Source: Utricularia gibba
Taxonomy: Eukaryota; Plantae; Magnoliophyta
Reading direction: 5' to 3'
Assembly (NCBI GenBank): GCA_002189035.1
Contig: NEEC01000010.1
Coordinates: 1,860,001-1,924,000, forward strand
Length of the DNA stretch: 64,000 nucleotides
Shown: positions 1 through 13,392 of the stretch, one piece after another
Numbering within the stretch: position 1 is the stretch's first letter
Layout: each line of letters opens with the position of its first letter
Made by a program: the position numbers and the translations under genes
The notes under the pieces: model-generated
The model's input: the letters and a program-made list of their open reading frames with translations, nothing else
The model's database searches: none
What the model was told of the DNA's origin: nothing

Positions 1-2
1 CA

Positions 3-233
3 AACTTCACCTGCAAGGAATACGAAGATCACCACATCAAGAAATCCCGCAAAGGGGACAAGATATTGAAGATCCTTGCCAAGAAGAACAAGTGGCAAAA
101 GTGCCCCAAATGCAAGATGTACGTGGAGAAGAGCACAGGGTGTGTGCATATAGTTTGCAGGTGTAAATACGAGTTCTGCTACAGATGTGGATCAAAGTGG
201 TCACGTTGCAGTGGTACCTGCTGCCCCAAGTGA
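3..233 (+). CDS. RBR (RING-IBR-RING) E3 ubiquitin ligase, C-terminal RING2/Rcat fragment (5' part outside the window)
   Basis: Frame +3 (not in the ORF track) reads NFTCKEYEDHHIKKSRKGDKILKILAKKNKWQKCPKCKMYVEKSTGCVHIVCRCKYEFCYRCGSKWSRCSGTCCPK*, stop TGA 231-233. The KCPKC...VEK..GC.HI.CRC..EFCYRCG pattern is the RBR RING2 signature. Confidence 0.9.
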   Translation, partial: NFTCKEYEDHHIKKSRKGDKILKILAKKNKWQKCPKCKMYVEKSTGCVHIVCRCKYEFCYRCGSKWSRCSGTCCPK

Positions 234-531
234 CACAAACAAACAAGAACAAGCACCAAGTAATTCCACCATCTCTCATTGTACATATGTCTGTGTATAT
301 TCCTAGCTCTTGAATCCATCTGCTTCATTCAATTCATTCAATTTACACTGGAACTGAGGAGAGCAGGAAAGTCAAATGAGCTGGGTGTGGCCCTACGACG
401 TGGCTCATGGCCCCAAGGGGGAAACAAGATTTTGAAAACAAACAACAGGATACAGAGGAGTAGGTAGATGTCAGGGTGGCAGGGCTTTCTTTGATTGATC
501 AGCATTTAATGGTGTTTCTGAGAGACCATCG

Positions 532-925
532 CTGCCACCACACCCCACTCCCGTATAATGTATTCATCCATATCCAACATTCACTGGCGGACCGAGTGGG
601 GTGGGGTGGGGCGCAGGCGGGGGCCCTCGCCCCCCTAACTCCTCCATTTCACCCCTAACCCACCCAATGCGAGGGTAGTTTATAAAATTATCCATATCTG
701 ATTTATGTCTCACACACTAAATATAAAAAATTATATATACGATGGGTAATTTTTTCATACAGTATTTTAACAGTAGTTAATTTTCAAAATCAACTCCCAA
801 TTCCGATCACTGCCACCACTCCCCACTCCGGTATAATATATTCATCCATATCCAACATTCACTGGCGGACCGAGTGGGGGTGGGGTGGGGCGCAGGCAGG
901 GGCCCTCGCCCCCCCTAACTGCTCC
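532..925. repeat. Direct duplication of a ~120-bp GC-rich unit (532-655 and 810-925), resembling the end of a hAT-type non-autonomous element
   Basis: Both copies read tgccaccac.ccccactcc.gtataat.tattcatccatatccaacattcactggcggaccgagtgggg(g)tggggtggggcgcaggc.gggg.ccctcgcccccctaact.ctccatttcacccc with few substitutions, about 155 bp apart. The hAT assignment is inferred from the CACTGGCGGA...GGGCCC..GCCCCC motif only. Confidence 0.8.
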
Positions 926-3900
926 ATTTCACCCCCCCCCCTCCCCCCAATCCGATCCTGATTTAGAATACTGGTAGACATATGTGTGATAAAAACGGTA
1001 AAATTGATTAAATTTACTTATAAATTGTGCTATAGGTTTTTATCTTATTATATAAGATTGAAATTAACATTTTTTTTAAATGACTCCTCGAACCATTTCA
1101 CCAATTTCTTTTTTTTTTAATTATTCACCTTAATTTCTTCATTTTCTTTTTCATGCAGTTGTTCATTTTTTACTCATTGAAAACAACCCAATTAAATATT
1201 AAGTTACAAATTTACTTAAGTTTTGAAAAATTTTCTGAAACTATTTTACTTTTTTAAAATTATCTTAGAAAAATAGAAACAAAAAGTAAATGTAATCTAT
1301 TTATTAATTTTCTAAAAATAATTTTTTAATACAATTTTAAAAATATTGATATAATTATTTTTATAATTGATATTTTTCTAAAATAAAATTATTTTTATTT
1401 TTTAAAAAGTAGAAATAGACTTCAAAAAATTTTCAGAATAGTAATTTAGATACAAAAATCGTATTTCATTAAGGAGGTTAGATACAATGTCGTACAATTT
1501 AAGTTTTGATTAAATACAAAATTAATCGGAAGAATTATACTTTTCACTCTCAATATATTTTAAAAATACATTTATATTATTATATTAAATTATATAATAA
1601 TTTAATCTATTAAATTTTATAAATATATAATTTTATATTATCTTACAAAATAGTTTTACATTCTAAAAATTAAATTTATTCATAAAATCTTAAAATTCAT
1701 TATATTCTACGGGAATATTTTTAGGTTATGGAATCGAATAATGTGTCGGATGAGCGGGTGACTCGTGTTGGATTCGATGTTGTTTTAGATCCTTTGTGGG
1801 AATCATTCTACTGGATGTCTGGTGGGTAAAGGATTACTGTTTTATTCGTACCTGTGCCTCTTGATTCTAGGCTATCCTATTGGCATTTATTACACCGTGA
1901 CGAGGAGTAGCAGTAGTGTACTACTATTGCGTGTATTCATAGATTTTGTATTTGATAATCTGAAATGCAAAAAAACCAGTCTCTTACTTTGCCTGTTCTC
2001 TTCTGCTGGGGATCCCTGCACGCTCACAACACATATTTGACATTTTTTACCTATTTGACAGATACCCATCTCACTTATTTCAAACCCCAAGTCGGATCTC
2101 CAGTTCCTGTCTCTTTTCTCTCAATGGAAAAGTGCTAAGTTTTTCTGTTGCGCCGCTGAAAAGCATAGGAACTGAAACTCGAGTCATTTGGGATGGCTTG
2201 GGTCGCTGCATTGTGCGTTTTACGGGTTGTCTCCTTGAAGAAAGATGCATTCTTGCCTCTTTTTGGTTCTGGGCTTCAGGACAATGGATTAGTTGTTGCT
2301 AGACATCTCTGGGAAGATCAGAGAAACATGGAGGGGATGCGGGAGTGGAGATGATGATGAACTTTTCATCTTCTTCTGGTTGTTGGAGGCACACAGGGTG
2401 AAGCCAGGCATTTTTCTATTTTGATTTCTGGTAATTGTTATATGCAGGAAAAACAAACAAGGGAGAAGAAAGAATGGAAATTCTTGTTACCGGCTGTTTT
2501 CTCCCTTTTTGATTAGTAGTGTGGCGATTTTCTATTGGTTTTGTGGCAAATGCAGAAGTGTATTATTTCATAGTTTCTCTTCTCCCCTGGTTTTGAATAC
2601 TGTGTTGGAGGATTCAACTTGCCATGGCTTTGTCACTGTTGGAAGAACAGAAACAAGTTTTGTACCTAAACTGAACTGTGGCTCCTTGTGAGAATGATAA
2701 TGGCCTGAATGTTCTACTCTCCATTTCATTTTTATCATTGTTTTCTTGTTCTTGCAGCCACAAGCTATAGTTATGCTCTGAGTATAGATAAATCTCTCAT
2801 TCCATTCATTGCCCATGCTGTTATTGCTACTTCTGCTTCTCTTAGACTTCCACATTGTCATGGCTCTTTCACACTGCTGCTTTGTGGGCCTTTGTCCTCC
2901 CTCTATGAGTTTCTGGATTAAAAAATAAAAAAGGAACAGTAAAGGAATCTGTTACAAGCACAGAAGGAAGAGACTGATATTGAAATGGCCAAGAGAAATT
3001 TTAATTTTGTTTTATTTGAAACATGACAGTTAGCCAAGAAGAAAAGCAACTCCAACATGTATTGAAGCAGTTCAATCCCATTTTTTCTAGTTCATATTAA
3101 GAAAGAGGAAGTTCATGGTCCTCACAGGTTCATGTGCAGTCATTTTCTCATGCTTTTCCCCATCCATGATGTCTCCTCTGCTTTGCTCTTCTTCACTTGA
3201 AGGACCAGTTAGTCAATTCCATTTCTCCTCCACATCAAGCCTAAGCTCTTCTGCAAAACAATCCTTGAATGCAGCAGGAAGCTCCTTCTAGAAACAGAGC
3301 CTTCACTAGTTTTTGCAGATGATGGTGTTAGTTCCATTTTTCTATGTACTTGTTCAGCAGCTGCACTAACTAAACTTGGCAGAGGAGCAGAAGACAAAGA
3401 GCATCCATCATCCAATGCAACTCCTTGGATTAGGTTGGCCTCTTGTTTTTTCACCACAGGATCCAGAATCTTTCACAGGATGAAAATTGTTGCCCAGAAT
3501 CAAGAAAAGGACTGTGGTCCATTCTGAGCTTTTCACCAACAATGGAGAGACAACTTCAATTCCCAGCCCTGAATCCTGGTCTGTGTTGCCCAAGTATGAG
3601 AAAAGGATGCCTGCTAAACAAGTGGTCCTCCTCCTACACACAAGCAAGCCTCTGGACCATGCTGCCATTAAAGGCCCTTCATGCAAAATTACCAAGCTCA
3701 ACTCTCAAGCTTAACCAATGCAGGAAGCCTGTAGCATTGATTTAACCCAAATCACCTACCCATCAACTTCCTCCTGTCTGTCCATTCCCTGCTGCAGTCA
3801 AATGAGCAACACAGATGCAATTACATCCCCTTTCATGGCATGGGGCGCACCACACAACTCCCACAAAACAAGCTACAAAACAAAAAACACTCACGATAAA

Positions 3901-6379
3901 AAATGATTGTCAAATTCACATCTCATTATAAACTAAAGTGTTGTATTTAGAACAAATTAGTATAATGTTTCAATTTTGTTGATACTAAACCTTTGTGCTT
4001 CACCATTATTAAAAGATTAAATAACAACATTATCAATAAACCTACAATTGCACACACAAATCAACATTTGATGTGTTGGGGCGGGGTAAAGACAACTGGG
4101 AGCCAGGAAAAGGGGTGTCAATTGCATTTCTGTGTTAAAATTTTAATTTTTTAGTGCTGCAAATTAATAATAATCATCTAAATTTATAATTTTAACTACA
4201 AATGTTCACATTATATTTAGCAAAAAAGTTTTTAGACACCACTCAAATTGAATACAAATTAACTCGAGCAACTCATGAGTTGACATGTATGAAATGAATA
4301 TAATTTGAATCAAATATTTTTTTTAACCGAGTTACTTATCATATTTTTTGATATAAATACGATACTGTATAAATTATGATATTTTTTCTCTTTACTAGTT
4401 ATGATAAACATCGATTGAAACACACGTAGTGTTTATATTTTAAATATACAACTTGTATGGACTCATGAGTAGAATTCAAATATCCAACTCATTGATTATG
4501 TCTCGATCAATTGTATTTTTTTATTATAATTCATTGAATTTGACTCATGACTCAACTAGTACCAAACCATGCCGAGGACGACGCTCCACCTCTAGGTAAA
4601 GTGAACCTAGCACTTTGAAGCGCACACAAAATCCACTTTTGGTTAAAGTTAAAGGAATGAAGTGATTAAAGTTTAGTAAATATTATATGTGAATTTAATT
4701 AAAGTAATAATATTATACTCCTCTCTTCCTTGAAGCTTCCTTTTATCCCTTGAGTAAGAAATATCTTGTGTAATTTTTTTTTCATATTTTTAATATACTC
4801 TTTTATAAAATAGACAAAATAAATATCTACACCCATTCAAATTCTATCTAACTAAACAAGGCAAAAAGGTGATTGATGATAAATATCTATCTAATATCTA
4901 TCAGGGTCGGCACTCGGGGCGGGGGCCCATTTCAGCTGGGGCCCATGAAGAGAAAGTGTAAAGCAGCAATTCAATTCAATAATGCTGCTTATCCCGTAAA
5001 CGAGGGATTGACGGAAGAATCCCCTGCCCGCACCCCACATTATCCCCTGCTCTATCAATAATAATAAAAAAATATGAAAAAAATCATAGAGATTGAATTA
5101 AATTAGATAAAATCACGATTAAATTGCTTTTTTTTTTACCACCATAAAAAGTCCACCCGGAAGAAGAGGACCAAATCACGTGCGTTTACTCTTTCCATGT
5201 CGGGTCGGGCTGTCGGATTCATTCCATCGACACAAATATCTCCAAATATCCATCCAATCAACTCTAATGATTATTCTATGAAATCCCTCAGTATTTATTT
5301 GCAATGGGCACGTCGGTCACCCTTTCAGACCAGGGTCAAAATGGTAATTGAACATATTTTCTACTCGCCCAAAAGGCATCGCCCCACCCATGTAAAGATG
5401 TGGGGTTCTCGAAAATTACCTTTAAATAAATATTTTAATAAAAAATAAAAAAAAAGCAGTTTTAAATTTTTATTTTTAAAAATAAAAAATAATCGTTTTT
5501 TATAGTCTATATCTTAAATGAACGAGAGTGCCTAAAAGGTGGAATAAAAATACCTTTTTTAAAAAAACAAAAAGATTAAGACAGGGGGTCGGGTTCCGGT
5601 GTGAATCATGTGATTGACGTCTTGCTTTTAGACGAAGGATGTGGTAGTCGATGATGAAATGTCACATCGGAGGTGGGGCCCGGTCCGGAGGCGGGTCGTT
5701 CATAAATCACAAACCTTATTTTTAAAAATTAAAAAAAAAGGCGTTTCAAAAACATTTATTACGTTTGTTTCTCAAAATTGAAAGTAAAGTATATACTCTA
5801 TTTAGAATATTTTATGTTTCTATAGAAGTATTCGAAAAATACTTTAATTATTAAATATACGCAACTTTTTATTTCAAAAATTTAAAATTTAGAAACGTTT
5901 TTTATTCTTAAAAAATTATAGAATTTAGTTTCTAATTTTAGATATATTAATTGCATTTTATCATGTTTTTCTTTTTTTATTAAAAGCAATCAATTACTCC
6001 TCCCTTTCATCCACTCTAATTAAATAAATAAATATGTCTTAAAATATTTATTTATTTATTTAATATATCTTTGATGCCACGTCCTCGTACGGGCGTGGTG
6101 ATCCCAATCTCAAATCTCAATGTTCTCAATAGTCCTCCTGCTCCAGAATATGTGAAGTGTAAATGGCGTGATTCTTCTCCAATATTATATATAAATGCAA
6201 AGCAGTTGTGAACACGCACGCACTGAGGGAATAAAAGGGAATCATTTCTGTGCCTTTGCGCATATGCATCCTTTTTGGAATTGAGCAATTGACTGTGCAT
6301 ATGTACCCACCTACCTGGTTTTTGGGAGCATTCATCCATTTCATACCGGGTATTTCTCCTCTATACCTGTCGTGAGAGC

Positions 6380-9165
6380 ATGGGAGAAGAGGAAGAACAG
6401 CAAGTTGCTTCGCCGGAGAAGTTTTCCACGGCAACCGCCGCGGGAGTCGGCGCTCTTCCGGCGATGAAAGTGGTGGTGGTTGGATATGCGCTTACTTCAA
6501 AGAAAGTCAAGAGCTTTTTGCAACCCAATTTCCAAAGACTTGCCAGGTGACTAACTGACCCCATTTCCTTTCGCTTCTTCTTAGCTGATCAATAGAAGAT
6601 GATGGTGATGCAATATATAAAGCAAGCAAGCAGGCAGCAACAGCCTGATTCACAAACTTGCCAGGAACACAATAAAAACGTACCTTTAGGATTGTGTGTC
6701 TTGCTTGCTCGGATTTCCCCTGCCTCATTCACATCATTTGCACAGTTTCTAGTAACAGAAAAGTTGACAAATAATTATGTAAAGACAGTGAGGATTGTCC
6801 CTGTTGGTTGGAAACAAGACGGAGTCTTATCCATACAAAATTAAAAAAAAAAAGGTTTTCAATAATAATATGTATAAAAATTGAAACTTTCATTTGGGAC
6901 AAAGGCACGCACATGTTTCTATGTTCACCCTCTGCATTCTCTGGAGCTTTATGTTCTGTAATGCATTTCCTTCATAGAAAAAGGAATCATGAATGATAAC
7001 CACAAGTGTAGATCTGCCCTATGTCCCATCTTTGATTTCCTTCACAAAAGGGGGTGGTAAATGAATGACAACCACCATGTCACAAATGTGATCCAGATAT
7101 GAGATCGAGACTAGTATCAGTCTCTGTCTGGTACAGTAGTATAGAATATTCTTGCATGAATATACTTGACTGTGAGTAATAGCACAACGACTTACCACTT
7201 GGATGGCAGAAAGCCACAGGGAGATAGTTGTGGTTGACAATGAAATCTCAGAAGCAGGACGCCCCCTGTCCAGTATGGGAGAGGATGAGTTCAATGTCCT
7301 TATCATTGGTACCAAAATAACCTCCACACCATTGTGTTGGACCTTTCAAAGGGATGAAAGATTACTGACCGTGTCCAAACGCAACAATTACCTGTCACAT
7401 TCTACCAAGTTTTCTCATATTCATGGTCTGCCTTTCTCCTCTGCATCTTTTCTAGCTTTTCTCTAGTTTCAACCTTGATCCATGGAATCCAACTGTCTTG
7501 AGGCACATAAAAGTGGGTTGCTCTTTCCCAGAACTTTCCATCTTAGGTGTCTACATTTAACCATTTTTCGACTTACCAAAAATGAAAACCAACCTGTAAT
7601 GCATAATCTGCAAGGAAAAACCTCAAACCCAGAGAGCAAGAGCACTGAGATCTTTCCAGGTTTCCCAGTCAGTCACGGCTCCTGGATGCTAACACGCTGT
7701 CAACTTGAATGATTTAGTTTGGTGGTGAAAATGGATCTGTGTTAGTTAATCTTTGTAATGTTGATACAGGAACAAGGGAATTGTGCTTGTGGCTATCGAC
7801 CAAAGCAGAGCCTTGAGAGATCAAGGTCCTTTTGACATTGTGTTGCACAAGGTGATATGATTTCTCCATAAATATCCAATTCCAGCTGTTGTGTTCACTG
7901 TCTGACAGCAGCCATGAGTGTCATCTGCACTTTTGGTGGCCTTTTGTCGTCTTTTCTGCAGTTGTCTGGAAAGGAATGGAGGAGGGTACTGGAGGATTAC
8001 CGGGATGCGCATCCTGAAGTGACGGTTCTCGATCCTCCGGATGCTATACAGCAACTGCATAATCGTCAATCCATGCTCCAGGCGGTTGCAAACCTTGATC
8101 TATCATGGTCTTGTGGTAAGCCTCACCAGAGCTTAAAAGTAAATGTATGTTCGTACCATATCTTGATCCCTTACAAAAACATCAAAAAGTGCAGGGACAG
8201 TTGGAGTTCCAAAGCAGTTAGTTATCGAGAAAGACCCATCATCCATTCCTCTCGCAGTCAAAATGGCTGGACTGAGGCTACCAATCGGTATGAACTTTCA
8301 TACTGTTTAAGCTAATACGTCATTTTTCTCTTGAACTTGCTTTAGCACCAGTTCATCATCATGACAGTAGCGAAGCCTTTCATAGCCAAGTCCCATGAGA
8401 TATCACTTGCATACGATGAGGTCTCACTCAAGAATCTGGAGCCACCACTTGTTCTCCAGGAATTCATCAATCATGGTAGCACACACCTATATCCTTTTAT
8501 CATCAAGTACCATGTGATGATGTCAAATGTCAATTCTCATTGAATCTCAATGTCTTGTAGGAGGAGTGCTCTTCAAAGTTTTCATCGTGGGAGAAACAAT
8601 AAAGGTACTCAGGCGTTTTTCTCTTCCAGACGTCAACAAGCGTGAACTATCCGGCAACTCTGGGGTCCATCATTTCCCTCGAGTTTCTTGCGCTGCTGCA
8701 TCTGCAGATGACGCCGACTTAGATCCTCGCGTTTCTAGTGAGTTTATTCTCCATAACGGTAGCTTGCAGATACCTGAGTTTCATATCCATAAGTCATGTA
8801 TTCTTACCACAGAGCTTCCTCCGCGGCATTTACTTGAAATCTTGGCTGAGGAACTGAGGACAAGATTGGTATAGTTCATCACTTGCTTAATCCTATCAAT
8901 ATTAACTGAACTATGATCACTGCATTCTTTTCTTCTACACACAGGGTCTTAGGCTCTTCAACTTGGACATAATAAGAGAGCATGGCAGAGAAGACCACTA
9001 CTATGTGATCGACATCAACTATTTTCCAGGTAGCCAAGCTCATTCATTTGCAACAGTAGGATTTCATGAGCCCTGACCATGTAGTGACTCTCAGGATATG
9101 GGAAGATTCCGGAATATGAGCACATATTCACAGATTTCCTTTTGAGCCTGGCTCACAGGAAATAG
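6380..9165 (+). CDS. ITPK: Inositol-tetrakisphosphate 1-kinase (ITPK2/3-type, intron-containing, ATP-grasp fold)
   Basis: Exons 6380-6546, 7770-7851, 7962-8115, 8195-8287, 8368-8475, 8561-8737, 8813-8868, 8947-9029, 9095-9165, all GT-AG and phase-consistent. Motifs [95 protein letters not shown]. Confidence 0.95.
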
Positions 9166-10418
9166 GCATGACTGTTAATCCACTTCCCTTGATTCCATGG
9201 CCACACAGAGTACTGTCTGTTTTGTAAATAGTCGTTGTCTTCCCATTAGAGAAAAATCCGCGTCATGATCCTGCTACAAGTAAATGGTTTCATGCTTGAA
9301 TGTTTGTATGTATATATATCATCATCCATCACCATGCACCAATAGTTTCATAAAATCCTTCATTATACAGCAAATAACACATGGGTTCCAATAGCGAAGC
9401 TTCAACACAGGCATACGACCCAGGAAGAAAAATTCACAACGAAGATGCTTTCGGCATTAATCACTAGGAGCTTAGTCAGTTCAAACATGAAAGTCATCAG
9501 TGACCTAATTTTTCTTCCCCTTGATTGTAGTTACCCATCATTCTAATCAAACTTTCCATCAAAACCGACAACATTAACATCAAACAGAGCTTCAGTATTT
9601 CGATTCTCAAACCTCCTCTTCCGTTTCGAATTACGTATTTTGACCTAAAATGAATGATTGGAAGCACGGACCTGAATCAGCCATCCCACGATCCTGACAA
9701 CCTCCATCCACTGTCTCCGTTAGGCGACATCGAACTGAAAATAAACTCCAATGAACGTTCACACTTCAGAATTTAATGCTGGTTTTCCATAGGATTTAAT
9801 TAAATAAAAACTTATTATTGTCTGAAATTTCAATTTTGGTTGCTTGAAATAAATACTAAAAATCAATTTTAGCGAAATAATTAAATTATCATTAAAAAAG
9901 CAAAAAAATGAAATAAAACAGTAGTTTTTTCAATGTGGGGGTGCGCATTAACTGCAAAGAAAAAAATTAATAATAATAATAATTACTTTATTTCATAAAT
10001 ATTTAAATCAAAATTTCAATTAAAAAGTAATATAAATAAAAAATTTGACGGAGATTTAATAGTCAGAAACAAAAAAGTTACGAACCACCATTTTAAAATC
10101 ATATTCAATTCATTTTACGTTTTATTTATAATGATTAGAATTGTATTCGATTTATTATTAAAATATTATGAAAAATTAAAATAATTATACAAATTCAATA
10201 TTTTAAATTTCAAAATTTTCTTAATTTCTATAACAATTATGAAAAAAAAATCATGAATTCGGATTGAACCAAATCTAAATTTGGATTTTAAAACACCAAA
10301 TTGATTCCATCGATTTGAAAATTGTATTTGTATGAAAAATGTAATATTTAATGCAATACAATAAATTTAATTCCCGAAATTGAAGCTGTAGCATACGTGT
10401 GACGCTTTAAATAATCTG

Positions 10419-10933
10419 GCACGTGTGAGGGAAATTCGTGACGCTTTGTACTTAAATTACTGCTCCCCAAATTTCTATAATTTATGTAGTGCATGTGACC
10501 CGCTGCTGAATCTGCGTTGTTGCAGGCCACGTTCACGAAGCAATCCACAAGATCTCTGTTGGTTTCAGACACATCAAAAATAAACAAATATTAATAATAA
10601 TTGCCATTCCGACACGTCACGGTCGCATGGTGTGGACGAACAGTGTCGAGACCCCAATGCGGGCATCCAAAGCGGTGTCGTCTAGTGACCCGAATTCGTT
10701 CTGGGGATCTGATAAATGGGTCATTGGGTGTGGTCAACGGAAGGGTAGATTAGTCATTTACACAAGCTAGGAATTGCCGTCAACTTCCTGTTGGGGCACA
10801 GCCTGTCAACAGCTGACTCCCCTAATTGGCCAACTCCCAACTATTTTAATAGTGAAGACATTTTTTTTTGTAATTTTTTGGGATTAAATGGAGATAATTG
10901 GAATTTTTGGAAATTAAAATATCCACGTGTCGG
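10419..10933. promoter_or_regulatory. Cluster of ABRE/G-box and DRE-core motifs upstream of the DUF1005 gene
   Basis: GGCACGTGTG near 10419, CCGACACGTC near 10608, and CACGTGTC at 10924-10931 overlapping GTCGG (reverse DRE core CCGAC). Motif match only; function is inferred. Confidence 0.4.
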
Positions 10934-11164
10934 ATTAATGAATGATAAACAGTTGTAAAGAAGGGAATGGAAATTCTATTATTATTATTATTATTTTAAT
11001 TATTAGCTGTACTGGGAATGAGAGCAGGGTAGGGCCGTTAGGTTGTTAGCTGTGTTGGAACTACGCATCTCTATGAAGCTCACTCTCTGTCTGCATCTTC
11101 TCCGACTTGGGTGACCGGAATCTGTTTCTTTTTTTTTTTTTTGGAGTGGAATACTGGGGTGGGT

Positions 11165-12858
11165 ATGGATCCTTGTTCGTTTGTTAGGGTTACGGTGAGG
11201 AATCTGGGGCTTAAAATCCCTGTGGCGGCGAAGCCGGATCGCTCGGCGGTGCATCCTTCATCGTCGCCGTGTTTCTGTGAAATTAAGTTGAAGGGATTCC
11301 CCTCGCAGAGCGCGATCGTACCCTACGTTGCAGCGGAGAACACCCAATTTCCAGATGGGAGTGCTCACGCTCTGGCCGCCAGTTTCCATCTTAATAAGGC
11401 CGACATGGACCGGCTTATGAGAAAGTCTTCCCTGTTTTCGCGTTCCAAGAAGCCGCCCCGTCTTACAATATTGGTGTATTCTGGTAGCCGGGGCAGCACC
11501 TGCGGCCTCAACTCCGGGCAATTTTTAGGGAAAATTTATGTGCCTTTGGATTTGACGGTTGCGGGATCCAGGGGTGTGGTTTTTCACAATGGGTGGATTA
11601 GCATGGGGAAAGAGGGTAAAGTGAACAAAGCTGAGTTTTATCTCAATGTCAAGGCGGAGCCGGAGCCTCGGTTCGTTTTCGAGTTCGACGGCGAGCCTGA
11701 ATGCAGCCCCCAAATTTTCCAAATCGGAGGAAATTCACGGCAGCCCGTTTTCACCTGCAAGTTCAGTTTTCGCTCAGCCGATCCGAATCAGCGATCCAGG
11801 TGAACTAATGTTCTGGATTCAAGTGATGTTCAGAGAATAAAGTTTTGTTGAATCTTCGTAGTTCTGCTACTTGCTACTTTACTCCTTGAGCTGGTAATGG
11901 GCGTTTGAAGGAAAAAGGAAGCCTAAAACTGGGATTTTGTCCGGGAATTCCCCCGGAAAAAAGTCACCCATCTGAGTTGGAGGATGGCCCATTTTCTTAC
12001 ATTTCTCCAGGCCTTTTCATGGCGATTTCATATTTAACCATGTGAATAAAGATCTTCAGAGTAATCATTTATTAACCTTTTCTTTTCTTTCTGATTTTTA
12101 ATTTCAGGTCATTACCGCCGTGCCACGGTGGCGGTGGCGGTGGAAGACGCTGGCTATCATCCCTTGGGAGCGAAAGAGAAAGGCCGGGAAAAGAACGTAA
12201 AGGATGGTCCATCACCATCCATGATCTCTCCGGTTCACCGGTCGCCGTAGCGTCGATGGTGACTCCATTCGTCGCCTCACCCGGCACCGACCGGGTCAGC
12301 CGGTCCAACCCGGGTTGTTGGCTAATTCTCCGACCCGGCGACGGCACCTGGAAGCCCTGGGGTCGCCTCGAAGCCTGGCGCGAGCGAAGCGCCGCCGATG
12401 GCCTCGGCTACCGATTCGAGTTGATCCCCGACTCGGCTTCCACCACCGGCGTTCTCTTAGCAGAGTCTACTCTCTCTTGCAGCAAGCGAGGAAAATTCGT
12501 CATCGATTTAACCAGTAGCCGCGGCGGAACCCCCGCCGGCACGCCGAGAAGCGCCGCCGCTTCCCCTGGCTGCAGCCCACGCGGCAGCGGCGATTTCGGT
12601 TCCTTCGGCCTCTGGCCTTACTGCATGTACCGTGGTTTCGTAATGGCAGCACACCTCGGCGGTAGAGTTGGACTCCGCGGCAAGAAGACTGCGCCGAGGG
12701 CAGAGGTGAGCGTACAACAAGTGAACTGCACAGAGGATGCGGCAGTATTTATCGCCCTGGCCGCGGCGGCGGATCTGAGCGTGGAAGCCTGCAAGCTTTT
12801 CTCCGAGAATCTGCGGAAGGATCTCCGTCCTCCTCAAGATCTTCATTCCCGGAGCTAG
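11165..12858 (+). CDS. DUF1005 family plant protein (N-terminal C2-like region plus DUF1005)
   Basis: Exons 11165-11799 and 12108-12858 (phase 2). MDPCSFVRVTVRNLGLKIP..., HPSSSPCFCEIKLKGFP, EPRFVFEFDGEPECSPQIFQI, GKERKGWSITIHDLSGSPVA.ASMVTPFVASPGTDRVSRSNPG.WLILRP, WKPWGRLEAWRER, EDAAVFIALAAAADLSVEACKLFS. Confidence 0.93.
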
Positions 12859-13392
12859 CGCGGCGGAAACGGCACGCCCGACAACGTTTAGAACTGAGCC
12901 ACTAACCTCTGGAGCGGAGGGCAAATCCGTCAGCTCACATTTTTTCTTTGATGTGTTGATTGTTATTTTCCCAGATTTTTTATCCCATTTTCGTGTACAA
13001 AATATGTAAATCCCTCGAGGGCGTATTTTCCCCAGATTGAATTATGGGAAATTATTGATATATCAAAAATAAAAAATTGGGTTTTTAATTTTAAAATAAT
13101 TATAATTGATTGAAATAATTTATAAAAATGATTAAAACTGGTGACCTAGGGATAGGGGAGCAGCAGTAATTAGCGTAGAGTAGGAAAGGCACATGTTCCA
13201 CGAACTGGCATCTGGTAACAGCAGTCAGTCAGTCGCCGTCAAATCATTGGTTTTTTACTTTAGAAAAATTAAAATGCGTTAATTGCAATACGGTCCTCCA
13301 GTTTTTGAATAATTACGAAAGGAACCCGCGAAAACTATTCACTGTTGCTGATAGAGTCGCGGCTCCGGTGGTTAGGGTGCGCGGCGGGGATC

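Noticed and set aside
12508-12924. 138-aa minus-strand ORF
   Set aside because: Antisense shadow of the GC-rich DUF1005 exon 2; no motif.
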